Below, piece after piece: positions 49,863 through 60,130 of a stretch of DNA of 64,000 bases. Under the pieces are notes generated by a model. That model made no database searches. It saw only the letters and a program-made list of their open reading frames with translations, and had not been told where the DNA came from. Position 1 is the stretch's first letter. Each line of letters starts with the position of its first letter. Where the stretch lies: IMG/VR virus record IMGVR_UViG_3300024999_000047; one strand, written 5' to 3'. The translations under genes were made by a program, and so were the position numbers. The DNA comes from an uncultured virus (IMG/VR IMGVR_UViG_3300024999_000047) (taxonomy: Duplodnaviria > Heunggongvirae > Uroviricota > Caudoviricetes).

Positions 49863-50252
49863 TTGAAAATAAAACTTGGTGAATTAAGTACAATTATAGG
49901 AAGTTTAAATAAATTAATAGATAAAGAGATTCCTATAAAAACATCATATAAATTAAGCAAATTAACTAGAAATTTAATGAATGAATATAAAATATATGAA
50001 GATAATAGAATGAAGTTAATCAATAAATATGCAGAAAAAGATGAAAATGGTAATATTAAAATTAATAAAGAAGATAATACTATTATGATATTAAATGGTA
50101 ATAGAGATAAATTTAATAATGAATTTATCGAATTAGTAAATATTGAAATAGAACTTGAATTTGATAAAATTAAATTAGATGATTTAAATGATGTGATGAT
50201 ATCTCCTAGAGATTTATTAAATTTAGATTTTTTATTTAATGAAGATAATTGA
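49863..50252 (+). CDS. Phage tail-region hypothetical protein (DUF1617-like)
   Basis: AGGAGG plus TTG; IPIKTSYKLSK...KYAEKDENG. Confidence 0.6.
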   Translation: MKIKLGELSTIIGSLNKLIDKEIPIKTSYKLSKLTRNLMNEYKIYEDNRMKLINKYAEKDENGNIKINKEDNTIMILNGNRDKFNNEFIELVNIEIELEFDKIKLDDLNDVMISPRDLLNLDFLFNEDN

Positions 50253-50365
50253 TTTTATTAATGAGATAATGAGTGTGTTGAGTAGTCCTGTAAAAGAAAA
50301 AGAAGATAATAATTAAAAGAAATACCTTATGATTTTTTTATTATATAAAAAGGAGGTGGATTAAT

Positions 50366-51301
50366 ATTTCAATTTTTGATTATCAAACTGCCGTAATTTC
50401 AAGACGTAGAAAAGGTGATGTATCTGATCCTTATATAGATATATCAGAATCACAACAAATAATTCAAAATAAAGCCGTAATTTCTGAAATTCCAGATAGT
50501 TTTACAAAAGTAACTGTATCAGGATTAGGTGTTACTTGGATTGAAACTACTAGCGTGCCTAGTGAAAATCAATATAGAGTAAGTTATGATTACGGATATG
50601 TTGAATTTCATTCAAATAGGAATAATGAATCCTTAACATTCTCTTATAAAGGAACTGGTGGGTACTATTTAAATGTAAAAAGAATTTTTGTTTTAGTGGA
50701 TTCTAATGGTGATGTAATTGAAACACTTCAATCTATCACAGATTCTACAATAATAGCAAGAGATGATGCGATACAAACAAATACAGATATTCAGGAAGAA
50801 GAATCAATTAGAGTTTCAAATGAAAATACTAGACAATCTCAAGAATCAGATAGACAAACAAATACTACAAACGCAATAAATAATTTAAATGATGCAGTTG
50901 ATACTAGTCAATTAATTTATAAGAGTCCTGTAGCAACATTTAATGACATTATTACTACTTACCCCACACCAGAATTAAGTTGGGTAGTACAAACATTAGA
51001 TGATTCTAAATATTATAGATATGATGAAAATTCAGAATGGATTTATATTCAACAAATACAATTATCACAGATTGATACAAAAGTATCAAAATTAGGCGAT
51101 ACAATGAGTGATTACCTAACTTTACATGCAGATCCAACCAATCCATACCATGCTTCAACTAAACAATATACAGATACTAAATTGCCATTGTCTGGGGGTG
51201 ATATGACAGGAAATATAAATATGGGAGAAAATGAAATTAATTTAGGTGGATTTAAAATTAAGCATAATGCAAATTTAAATAGTATTGATTTTGAATTTTA
51301 A
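50366..51301 (+). CDS. Tail fiber/baseplate-associated protein
   Basis: AGGAGGTG plus an in-frame ATT start extending ORF 50555; YRVSYDYGYVEFH and HASTKQYTD...LPLSGGDMTG fiber motifs. Confidence 0.65.
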   Translation: MSIFDYQTAVISRRRKGDVSDPYIDISESQQIIQNKAVISEIPDSFTKVTVSGLGVTWIETTSVPSENQYRVSYDYGYVEFHSNRNNESLTFSYKGTGGYYLNVKRIFVLVDSNGDVIETLQSITDSTIIARDDAIQTNTDIQEEESIRVSNENTRQSQESDRQTNTTNAINNLNDAVDTSQLIYKSPVATFNDIITTYPTPELSWVVQTLDDSKYYRYDENSEWIYIQQIQLSQIDTKVSKLGDTMSDYLTLHADPTNPYHASTKQYTDTKLPLSGGDMTGNINMGENEINLGGFKIKHNANLNSIDFEF

Positions 51302-51314
51302 AGGAGATGATAAT

Positions 51315-51602
51315 ATGGGTGTTCGTGTAGGATCTGGTTATCTTGGAAGTTCAGATATCCAAATAAGTGTAGCAGAGCAAGAAATTTTACCTAGTCCACC
51401 TAGTAATTGGTTAGGTAAATATAATTTTTATAAATTTAGTTTTATGAATTTAAATAATGCATGTCATGTTTCTATCAATAATGGAGATTGGATTTATTTA
51501 GCAAGTTTTATAGGGATAAATACAGATTATGTAGATTTACCTATATTTTCCTTTAGAATACAAGAAAATAATATTTCTTACTATTGGATTGGATGTTATT
51601 AA
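51315..51602 (+). CDS. Small beta-rich virion-associated protein
   Basis: AAGGAG RBS then ATG at 51315. Confidence 0.55.
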   Translation: MGVRVGSGYLGSSDIQISVAEQEILPSPPSNWLGKYNFYKFSFMNLNNACHVSINNGDWIYLASFIGINTDYVDLPIFSFRIQENNISYYWIGCY

Positions 51603-51619
51603 AAAGGAGGTGAAATATT

Positions 51620-51916
51620 TTGTCTTTATTTAATAATAATTTTTTATTACAACAAAAATTAACAGATATAGATACGGCAATTGCTAATACTAATACATCT
51701 ATACAAAATGCTAATAATGCAACTACCACAGCTAATACAGCAACTATTAATGCTAATACAGCAACTATTAATGCTAATACAGCAACACAAAATGCAAATA
51801 ATAAAGTTAATCAGTTAGATAATTTTGATTATGAAACTATGACTATGGGTAATTATAGATTAAAAAATAATATAGAAACAGATGCATTAGATATTGAGTA
51901 TTTAGGTGGTAGTTAG
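51620..51916 (+). CDS. Short coiled-coil fiber-like protein
   Basis: ANTATIN heptads from a 21-bp tandem repeat at 51731-51786. Confidence 0.6.
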   Translation: MSLFNNNFLLQQKLTDIDTAIANTNTSIQNANNATTTANTATINANTATINANTATQNANNKVNQLDNFDYETMTMGNYRLKNNIETDALDIEYLGGS

Positions 51917-52049
51917 TAGATTAAAATATTAATATAAATATATTAATATAAAAGGAAGTTTTTATTATGATTTATAAAATATAATAATTTGTTTTTAAGG
52001 GAGTATTAATACTACTCTCTTTTATTTATTTTAAAAAGGAGGTTTTTAT

Positions 52050-52382
52050 ATGGCTTTAAATCCTATTTCCGATCTACTCCAAGGGATTAAGAGATTATAT
52101 GTTGGATTACAAGGTGTTAAATCTGATGGAGTAACAATGGAAACAATTAAAACTAATGATGCAGGTGCTATGAAAGTTGATGGCACTATGCAACTAACTG
52201 GTAGTATAGTTGTAATAGGTGGCGTAACCTTTGCAGTATCAGGTGGTGATACATTACGTAATACTGTTGCCAATAAACCAGATGCGGCTACTACACATGC
52301 TGTTATACCATTTTGTTATTATTTTAGTGTTGATACTGGAGTTGTTGAGGTTACAGATGGCGTTAATTGGGTGGTGATATAG
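52050..52382 (+). CDS. Virion accessory protein with a junction at MQLTGS
   Basis: AAGGAGG RBS; contains site L2. Confidence 0.65.
   Translation: MALNPISDLLQGIKRLYVGLQGVKSDGVTMETIKTNDAGAMKVDGTMQLTGSIVVIGGVTFAVSGGDTLRNTVANKPDAATTHAVIPFCYYFSVDTGVVEVTDGVNWVVI
52187..52205 (+). repeat. Cassette left site L2
   Basis: TATGCAACTAACTGGTAGT, identical to 16588-16606. Confidence 0.85.
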
Positions 52383-52383
52383 C

Positions 52384-53871
52384 ATGGATTTAGTCACTCT
52401 AAAATCTGCTAAGAATTATACAAACACAAAAACACTACCTCTTTTTTCTGATGTAACAATCACAAATAAATTATCAAATTCAAATTTTGCTAGTGCTACA
52501 AACTGGTCATTTGTATTGTCGAATGGTAGTGTGTCTAATAATGAAGCAATATTTACAGCCACAGCACTGTATGGACAATTAAGACAAGGTGTTGCTGAAA
52601 ATGTTGTGGTAGGTAAAAAATACTACTTTAGGGCAAAAGTAAAATCATCTTCTAGTAATGTTAATTTAAGTATGGCATGGACGTCTGATGGCAGCATAAT
52701 CACAGAAGTAGCACATAGCGGAAATGGGCAGTATGCCATTCTCGAAGGTACTTTTATTGCTACAGCAAGTGCAGCGATACAATTTAAAATTATTGATTAT
52801 AATTCAGCTAATTTTGCAGAAATTAGAGTTGCAGAAGTAATGTTAACGAGTCTAACTGTAGAGTATGGAGCCGGCTATGAATCTTCTGTATCTGACTATA
52901 AATCTGTTATCCAATTGTATAATAATCAATCCTTGTTTGTCCAAACAACTCTTGCAGTAAAAGCAGTTATCACAAGGAGTACACTACCTTTATTTGTTAA
53001 TATTACTAATAACATATTAAATGTAATTGCAAAGTATAATGCTACACAAGATTTAAGATTTGTTCTAAATAAAAAAGGCCCAAATTCTATTTTTGATTTT
53101 GGAAGTATTTACAAGGTAACTAATAATGCAAATTCAGTATCAAATAACATATCAGCAGGTACTTCTTTTTGGTCAAATGGAACAGACTCGTTCGGACCAT
53201 TTACCGTAGCAGCGGTAAGTAATGCTGATGGCGACAATCCTGGCACTTCTGCATTTACTGGTGGCAATCACGGTTATAATGGTGATGCAACAGGCAGTGC
53301 AACAGGAAGAACATCTTCAATCAGCTTTTTTGTGGACGGAAGAAAAGTTACTTCATTTTCTGGATTTGCTTCTTTCGTTGAAATTGAATGGATTAACTAT
53401 ATTCAGGCATATAACACCAAAAAGGCATCTGGTGGTGGGCGTGAGGTTATAAAAAAAACCTATCGAATGTCATTTGATGGGTTAAATTGGGAAGTTAGAA
53501 ATATTATCGAGTTTTTAGAAGCATGTAATGTAGAAACTTATTATGGTTTGCAATTAAGTTGTACTTCTTGGAATGGATATTTGTTATTCCATTCTGCTAC
53601 CAACAAACAATGGAATGCAGGAAATGTTAACTGTAACTCAGGAAGTAAGACCTGTAATCTTGTCACACATAAACTTAATACTGATTTTGCAGATTTAGGA
53701 CTAGATATTTCTTTTGGACTAGCTAATTCCGTAAACCTTCATACAGCAGCTTACAATGCTTTTAGGACAAATTATGATAAGTCGTATTTTAACCTAATCG
53801 ACTACCAGAGTGGTTTTTCTGCTGGTGATGTTTTGAGTTTAAGAGGATATTACAAGTTTTATAGTGCATAG
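52384..53871 (+). CDS. CBM-like domain protein, candidate receptor-binding or adhesion protein
   Basis: NKLSNSNF...W...LRQ...GKKYYFRAKVK galactose-binding-like pattern; beta-rich. Confidence 0.6.
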   Translation: MDLVTLKSAKNYTNTKTLPLFSDVTITNKLSNSNFASATNWSFVLSNGSVSNNEAIFTATALYGQLRQGVAENVVVGKKYYFRAKVKSSSSNVNLSMAWTSDGSIITEVAHSGNGQYAILEGTFIATASAAIQFKIIDYNSANFAEIRVAEVMLTSLTVEYGAGYESSVSDYKSVIQLYNNQSLFVQTTLAVKAVITRSTLPLFVNITNNILNVIAKYNATQDLRFVLNKKGPNSIFDFGSIYKVTNNANSVSNNISAGTSFWSNGTDSFGPFTVAAVSNADGDNPGTSAFTGGNHGYNGDATGSATGRTSSISFFVDGRKVTSFSGFASFVEIEWINYIQAYNTKKASGGGREVIKKTYRMSFDGLNWEVRNIIEFLEACNVETYYGLQLSCTSWNGYLLFHSATNKQWNAGNVNCNSGSKTCNLVTHKLNTDFADLGLDISFGLANSVNLHTAAYNAFRTNYDKSYFNLIDYQSGFSAGDVLSLRGYYKFYSA

Positions 53872-53876
53872 TTTAC

Positions 53877-53900
53877 CCAACTAACTGGGGTGCGTTAGTA
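53877..53900 (+). repeat. Cassette right site R2
   Basis: CC-AACTAAC-tggggtgc-GTTAGTA, 5 nt after the stop codon. Confidence 0.8.
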
Positions 53901-54048
53901 CGGTAACTTACAATTGAATATTGATTTAATAATACATAACAAAACTTAATATTGTATTTTCTAAATTAAACAAAAATAAAAATAGTAGTTACTTAATAAA
54001 AAGTAACTACTATTTTTTAACTTAAAATAACTTAAAATAAAATAAACC

Positions 54049-54117
54049 TTTTATCATGATTTCTAATTTTAGAAAGTGTTGATTTATAAGGGTTTAGGGC
54101 ATGTGAGGATTTTGATA
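54049..54117 (+). repeat. 69-bp dispersed repeat, copy 2
   Basis: 55/69 identical to 18374-18442. Confidence 0.8.
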
Positions 54118-54346
54118 TTTTTTGATTTTTAGTTTTTGGTATTTAGTTTTTAGTTAATTATTTTTTTATCTATGTATATGAAGAGAGAAGAAATACTCCC
54201 TTCTTCTCTCTTATTTGTTTTATCAATAATGTTGGTGATTATTGATAATTATTTGAATTATATCATTAAGGGAGGTTTATGTCAATATGGAATGTGAAAA
54301 TAATTGTAATGGAGTTGATAAATTTTTAGAAGGAGATGTTGAGAAT

Positions 54347-54709
54347 ATGGCGATTGATTTAGATACTGTGGATGTGATTTTAGATCAGCATGGAAAACAA
54401 TTAGATAAATTTGATACAAGAATAAGGGTGCTTGAAATTGAATTTGCCAAGAATAACGAAACATTAAATAATGTTAAACAAGGTCAGGAATCTCTAAAAA
54501 AAAGTATGGACAAGATTGAGGGGCAAATGTTAACCAACCATAATGCCATGTTATCAGGATTAAATTCACTAATAATAAATAAGAATGACAATTCTACTAA
54601 AGTTGAGGTGGCTAAGATAGATGGTAAAAGTAAGATATACATACAAATAATTCTATTTTTTGGAGGTTTGGCAACTATTGGTGGAAGTATTTATATGGCA
54701 ATGAAATAA
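54347..54709 (+). CDS. XhlA-like/holin-associated protein (coiled coil plus C-terminal TM)
   Basis: AAGGAG RBS; coiled coil followed by a TM helix; upstream of the amidase. Confidence 0.65.
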   Translation: MAIDLDTVDVILDQHGKQLDKFDTRIRVLEIEFAKNNETLNNVKQGQESLKKSMDKIEGQMLTNHNAMLSGLNSLIINKNDNSTKVEVAKIDGKSKIYIQIILFFGGLATIGGSIYMAMK

Positions 54710-54745
54710 AATTGTTTAATTAAATTATTAATATAATAAAGGAGT

Positions 54746-55555
54746 GTGAATAATAATATGTTAACAATAAACTTACTCCCTGGTCATGGAATTAGTAATA
54801 TTAAAGGAATACCCTATGATCCTGGAGCAACGAACAAAAATGGTACTCAAGAAGCAACTGGAACAAAAATATTAGCAAATAAATTAAAATCTAAATTAGA
54901 ATTTAATGGTTTTAAGGTTAATCTATTAAATGATAGAGATGTAAATACACAAATTAACTTTGTAAATAATAATAAATGTGATTTAGCAGTAGCATTACAT
55001 TTTAATGCTTTCAATGAAAAAACATCTGGTACGGAAGTGTTGTATTCAGATATAGCACCAGGATACCATTCATCTACTACATTAAAGTTTGCAAATATAT
55101 TATTAAAACATTTAGTAAACGATACAGGATTAATAAATAGAGGAATCAAGAAAGTAAATTCTGGAGTGGGCATAATAAAAAGGACTAATTTTCCAACTGT
55201 TTTAAGTGAGAATGCATTTGTTGACAATCCTATTGAGTATGTATGGGCAAAAGATGATGATAAACTAGAGATATTATCTATCGCACACTGCAAGGCTATC
55301 TGTGAGTATTTTGGGATTAAATATAAAGATAGTAAAGAAAAAGTAGAAAAAATAATTAACAACAAGGAGGAATTAATTGATATGGCAATTGAAAAATGGA
55401 TGAAAGACGCAGGAATTAATTCATTAAATAGTTTAGTTAAAAACGGGATTATTAATGATGGCAATTTATGGAGTAATAAAATGGATGAAAAAACTGAAAA
55501 TTGGCTGTTATTTACTATGATGGCAAGATTGTTAGAAAAAATAAATAATAAGTAA
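54746..55555 (+). CDS. Endolysin, N-acetylmuramoyl-L-alanine amidase (Amidase_3)
   Basis: LLPGHG...DPGA...E...ALHFNA...GTEV...PTVLSENAFVDN. Confidence 0.92.
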   Translation: MNNNMLTINLLPGHGISNIKGIPYDPGATNKNGTQEATGTKILANKLKSKLEFNGFKVNLLNDRDVNTQINFVNNNKCDLAVALHFNAFNEKTSGTEVLYSDIAPGYHSSTTLKFANILLKHLVNDTGLINRGIKKVNSGVGIIKRTNFPTVLSENAFVDNPIEYVWAKDDDKLEILSIAHCKAICEYFGIKYKDSKEKVEKIINNKEELIDMAIEKWMKDAGINSLNSLVKNGIINDGNLWSNKMDEKTENWLLFTMMARLLEKINNK

Positions 55556-55599
55556 GATAAAATTAATAAATAATTAAATTTTAAGGAGTGTATTCTATT

Positions 55600-55956
55600 A
55601 TGGAACAATTTATAACAATTCAAAATCTATCTACTATCGGAGGATTAATTTTAGTAGTAATTTTAATTGTACAAAATTTTAAAGAAATTGTAGATAACAT
55701 CTATAAAAAAGCGTTTGGAAAAACATTGTCTACAAAATACCTAGTTTTCATGATTTCTGAGTTTTTATTATTTACTTCTAAACATTTCTTAGGAGAAAAT
55801 ATATTCAATGGTGAAGCAATATTTATAAATTTTATAAATGGAGTAATTTTGGCGAGTGTAGCAATGAAAAGTGTCGAAACATTGATGAATAAAAATAGTA
55901 ATAATGTTAATAATAATGTTAAATCCAATGGTAATATTAGTGGAGAAGTAAAATAA
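55600..55956 (+). CDS. Putative holin
   Basis: Multiple hydrophobic segments; follows the endolysin. Confidence 0.7.
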   Translation: MEQFITIQNLSTIGGLILVVILIVQNFKEIVDNIYKKAFGKTLSTKYLVFMISEFLLFTSKHFLGENIFNGEAIFINFINGVILASVAMKSVETLMNKNSNNVNNNVKSNGNISGEVK

Positions 55957-56266
55957 CCTCCTCCCTCTTTACACAATGCTTCCTCTCGCTCCTTCCCCCA
56001 CTTTCATAATGTGATTTTATTTGGTAATTATTTGGAAAGATAGAGGAGTTAAATTTGACTAGGAGAATAATAATTTAATACAAAGGAGAATTTTTATTTT
56101 AAAATATAAAAATAAATTAAAAGAAATAATTTCTAATATTTTTATACCTAAATTATCAAAGTTTAATAATTAAATTATAGATATAAAAAAATATCTAAAT
56201 AAATTTGTTGTTTGGTGTTAATTTTTACATATTGATAGTAAAATTTAATAAAAACACCTTAAATCC

Positions 56267-56311
56267 ATACAACCTACAAACCTACTATTTACAATGGTTT
56301 GTAGGTTGTAT
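56267..56311. repeat. Perfect 16-bp inverted repeat
   Basis: ATACAACCTACAAACC-N13-GGTTTGTAGGTTGTAT. Confidence 0.9.
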
Positions 56312-56491
56312 TATTTTACCATATTTTAAATATTGCGAAATTTTAAGGCTATTTTAAGAGATAAATTTGATTAGGTATAAGTTTAGGTATGAGTGATTTT
56401 AATGGTGGATTTGGAGTGAAATTTGTGAGGAAATGTGTTTTTTGTTGATTAATAAAGAGAAATTTTTAAGGAGATCTTAAATATGATAGAT

Positions 56492-56677
56492 ATGAAAAAT
56501 AATAGTAAATATTATAGATGTTTTAGTGGTAAATTAAAAAAATATTTATCAGAGAATAAAATTAAATATATTTTAAGGGCAAAAGATTTCTACACAAATA
56601 AAACTTTTTGGTTATATGAAATTAATCAAAATTTATCAAATAATTTAAAAGAATGGACTGATACTAACCCATATTGA
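56492..56677 (+). CDS. Small DUF5659-like protein, leader of primase paralog 2
   Basis: YYRCFSGKLKKYL...Y...TNKTFWLY; same pattern as 1291-1461. Confidence 0.7.
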   Translation: MKNNSKYYRCFSGKLKKYLSENKIKYILRAKDFYTNKTFWLYEINQNLSNNLKEWTDTNPY

Positions 56678-56733
56678 GGTTAGTATTTTTATTTTATTAA
56701 AAAATTTATTTTATAGAAAAAGGAGATGTTGAA

Positions 56734-58674
56734 ATGAAAATTAAATGTATTATTGATACTAAAGAATTTTTATCAAAACCACAAGGTAAAAGTGGTGGAG
56801 GAATAACTTTAAGAATGACACTTAATACAGCAAAAGAATATTCTATTGATGAAATTAAAGAGAGTATTCTAATTGGCAAAACAGTTAGACCTTCATATTG
56901 TGGAGGCAGAGAAGAAACATGGAAATCTCAACAAATGTTTATGATAGATATTGATAATAATTTGACAATTAATCAAGCAATAGATAAATGTAAGGAAGTA
57001 AATATAATTCCTAATTTTATTTATACTTCATTTTCTCATACAGAAGAACATCATAAATTTAGATTAGTATTTATTTTAGACAAAGAAGTTGATGAATATG
57101 ATACTGCTAAAAAGATACAACTATATTTAATGAATATTATGGAATATTCAGATGAACAATGTAAAAATATCAATAGATTTTATTACGCAGGTAAAAATAT
57201 TGTATTTAATAGTGGGAATGTATTAAATAGAGATAATATTATAGAATTGTCTAAGGTTATTAATTTAGATAATGTATCTTCAAAGGTCAATAAAAGTAAG
57301 AAAGATTCAGAAAGGGTGGATAATATATTAAATGGTATTGAATATAATTATAATTCACTTAATATTATGTCCACCCTTTCTTCGGAAACTCCCACTCCTT
57401 CAATTAGTAAAGAAAATTATAATATAAAAGCAATATCAAATAGAGATGTAAAATATTTGAAGGATAAAATAAATAATATTCCTATTGAATTTGATAATGA
57501 TGCAGAATTTTGGCACTATATTTATCGTATTAATATGATTGAATTGTTAGAATTAAAACATCCTAAATCTTTTAAATGTTTATTTCATAATGATCATAAT
57601 CCTTCTGCTAGTGTTTTTCAAAATGATGATGGAGTTTGGCTTTATAAATGTCATAGCAAATGTAAAATGCCAAATGGTAAATCATTAACATTAAATAATA
57701 AACAATTAATTGAAAAATTAGGTAATTATAAAAGTGAATATAAAGCAATAAAATTTATAAAAGATATTTATAATTTATCTATAAAAGAAACAGAATGGAG
57801 TATTGAGCAAAAAGCAAATTTAGATGGTATTATTTATAAATTAGATATGAATATATTTTCTGAATTATGTCCTCAAACAAATAAAAATATAAGATATGTA
57901 AAAGAATTATTTTCTGTAATGGTTCACACTGCTAAAGATAATGTATATGGTGAAAATTATACTAATTCAGATGGTGATATTATTTTCTTTGTTTCATTAA
58001 CTGATTTAGCAAAGCAAATGAATGTATCTTTAAATCATCTTAATAGAATTAGTCAAAGACTATCTGTATTAATTTATCATGATCTTGTTCGTAAATTAGA
58101 CGATGACAAAATTCCAGAATTAATGCTTAAAAAAGCACAAGCAATTTCTATTGATAATAAATTTCCTAAAAGAGTTAATTTTTATGCAATACCTTCATGG
58201 ATATTAGAACATTTAAGTAATGTAGAATTACAAGGTGTAAAATGGAAAAGTAATGGTTATACAATTAAAGGTGCATCTTATGAAATGTTTTATAGAGGCG
58301 AAGGATTAGAAGTTGCTCAGAATATATATCCTCAACATAAAAAAGTTAAAGGCAAAGAAATTAATAATGAAACTGGTGAAATTTTAGAAGTAATTAAAGA
58401 TAGAACAACTAGTAAGATAAGTAATGAAAGAGTTGATAATATTGTTAAATCAATTAATATCTTAATTAATAGAAAAAGATATACAACAGAAAAAGAATTA
58501 ATATTATATTTGTCTAATGAATATTTATGGGAAATAACTGAGATTCAATTAAGAAAAATGAGAGGGCAATTAGATAAATTAGGTTATAAAAGAATAAGAG
58601 CGAATAAAGAAATAAAAGAACAATATAATATTAATAGTTTAGGTTATCCTTTGATTATTGTTGTAAAAGATTAA
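56734..58674 (+). CDS. AEP-like primase/Rep protein with CHC2-type zinc finger, paralog 2
   Basis: FMIDIDN...YTSFSH...KFRLVF; CLFHNDHNPSA...YKCHSKC. Confidence 0.65.
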   Translation: MKIKCIIDTKEFLSKPQGKSGGGITLRMTLNTAKEYSIDEIKESILIGKTVRPSYCGGREETWKSQQMFMIDIDNNLTINQAIDKCKEVNIIPNFIYTSFSHTEEHHKFRLVFILDKEVDEYDTAKKIQLYLMNIMEYSDEQCKNINRFYYAGKNIVFNSGNVLNRDNIIELSKVINLDNVSSKVNKSKKDSERVDNILNGIEYNYNSLNIMSTLSSETPTPSISKENYNIKAISNRDVKYLKDKINNIPIEFDNDAEFWHYIYRINMIELLELKHPKSFKCLFHNDHNPSASVFQNDDGVWLYKCHSKCKMPNGKSLTLNNKQLIEKLGNYKSEYKAIKFIKDIYNLSIKETEWSIEQKANLDGIIYKLDMNIFSELCPQTNKNIRYVKELFSVMVHTAKDNVYGENYTNSDGDIIFFVSLTDLAKQMNVSLNHLNRISQRLSVLIYHDLVRKLDDDKIPELMLKKAQAISIDNKFPKRVNFYAIPSWILEHLSNVELQGVKWKSNGYTIKGASYEMFYRGEGLEVAQNIYPQHKKVKGKEINNETGEILEVIKDRTTSKISNERVDNIVKSINILINRKRYTTEKELILYLSNEYLWEITEIQLRKMRGQLDKLGYKRIRANKEIKEQYNINSLGYPLIIVVKD

Positions 58675-58752
58675 ATATACATATAAAATAATTTAACCCT
58701 ACTCATTTTTATTATTTGAGTAGGGTTAATCTTCTCATTCTCATTCTCACTA

Positions 58753-59907
58753 TTAACTTTTAATCTTTTCATCTGGAACAATATAACCAACAACATGTTT
58801 AGTAACTGCACGAACTGTACTACTACTGTTGATGACCATTGGGATACCGTTTTTAATTCTAAAACATTCTGACCACCAAGGATTATCCTTAGAGAAAATA
58901 TACCCTTTAAATCCATCAACTTGTACTGGTTCTTTTAATTTTGCTAATTTCTCCTGCCAATTTTCTAATCCATATAATTTTCTAGCAATTGTAAAATACG
59001 CATTAAATGTTATTTGTTGTATAGTTAAATCTTTATTTCTCATTTCTTGACGATTTGTGATATTGCCCATGTACTCAGATAAGAGATTCACTAATTCATC
59101 CCAAAATAAAATTAAATATTCTGCAATCTTATCTGCTTCATTTCTAGTTAATAATAAATTACTAAAATTGTTTTTAACACCATCATAAATAACCGCAAAG
59201 GTGGTAATATCATTATTTGTTTTTGCTCTTATTGAACCAGAACCAATTTTAATTTTACCATTTAATTCTGATTCATTTATTAATTTTCTTGCTACAGTAT
59301 TTGATAAATCATAAACATCTAAAAAGTTAACAATATTTTTCCCAATTTTTGTTTGCTTTCCGTTGTATTCATTGAAAAGAGCTGAAGAATCTATATCATT
59401 TAGCACATCTACACTAACTATCATTTCATATTGGAAAGGATTTACAATTAAATGTTTATCTTTTTCTTTAAGTTTTTCCCACCTATTAAGTAAAAATAAA
59501 CCACTAGTTAAGCGATGGCAGCCGTCGATCAATTCCATTTTATTTTTACAACTAAGAATTCCTGAAATTTCATCAAAATGTAGAATAGGATTTTCTTCTT
59601 TTCTAATGTTTAAAGTAATTAAATTTCCAAAAAATTTATTAGACAAGATACACGTAGTAATTTCCTTAATTTTAGATTTAATAATAAATGGTTCTGTGCT
59701 TCCGTCCTTATTTTTACGAATTCCCCTCTGTTTTAAAGGATTATAGTAAATTTGACCATCACGATACATAGAACTTAAAGTACCAAGTGAAACATTTCCT
59801 GTGTATCTAACTATTTCACCATTTTTATATAACGGACGTAGAGGAAGTTCCCATTCTACAGTATCATCCACCAAATCCATACCAATCTCCTTCTCAACAA
59901 CACTCAT
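58753..59907 (-). CDS. DGQHR/DndB-like (ParB-superfamily) protein
   Basis: YNPLKQRG...ITLN...LIDGCHRL...LFNEYN. Confidence 0.7.
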   Translation of the reverse strand: MSVVEKEIGMDLVDDTVEWELPLRPLYKNGEIVRYTGNVSLGTLSSMYRDGQIYYNPLKQRGIRKNKDGSTEPFIIKSKIKEITTCILSNKFFGNLITLNIRKEENPILHFDEISGILSCKNKMELIDGCHRLTSGLFLLNRWEKLKEKDKHLIVNPFQYEMIVSVDVLNDIDSSALFNEYNGKQTKIGKNIVNFLDVYDLSNTVARKLINESELNGKIKIGSGSIRAKTNNDITTFAVIYDGVKNNFSNLLLTRNEADKIAEYLILFWDELVNLLSEYMGNITNRQEMRNKDLTIQQITFNAYFTIARKLYGLENWQEKLAKLKEPVQVDGFKGYIFSKDNPWWSECFRIKNGIPMVINSSSTVRAVTKHVVGYIVPDEKIKS

Positions 59908-60130
59908 TTTATAAATCACTCCTCTTATTCATTAAATCTAATTTAATAACATCATTAATTTAATCATCTTATTCTAATTATATCATTTTTGTTAATTTTT
60001 ATACATACTAAATCCATAATAAATATTATTTTTTTTAAATTTTTTTAGTTCTAAAAGGATATTCTACACTCTTTGTAGAATACTATATCTATCCCTATTC
60101 TCCATAACATCATTATAAGGAGTAAATATC

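Noticed and set aside
54847..55623. Long antisense ORFs (also 29490-29981, 31527-31889, 59363-59746 and similar)
   Set aside because: Shadow frames opposite well-supported genes, without RBS or recognisable motifs.
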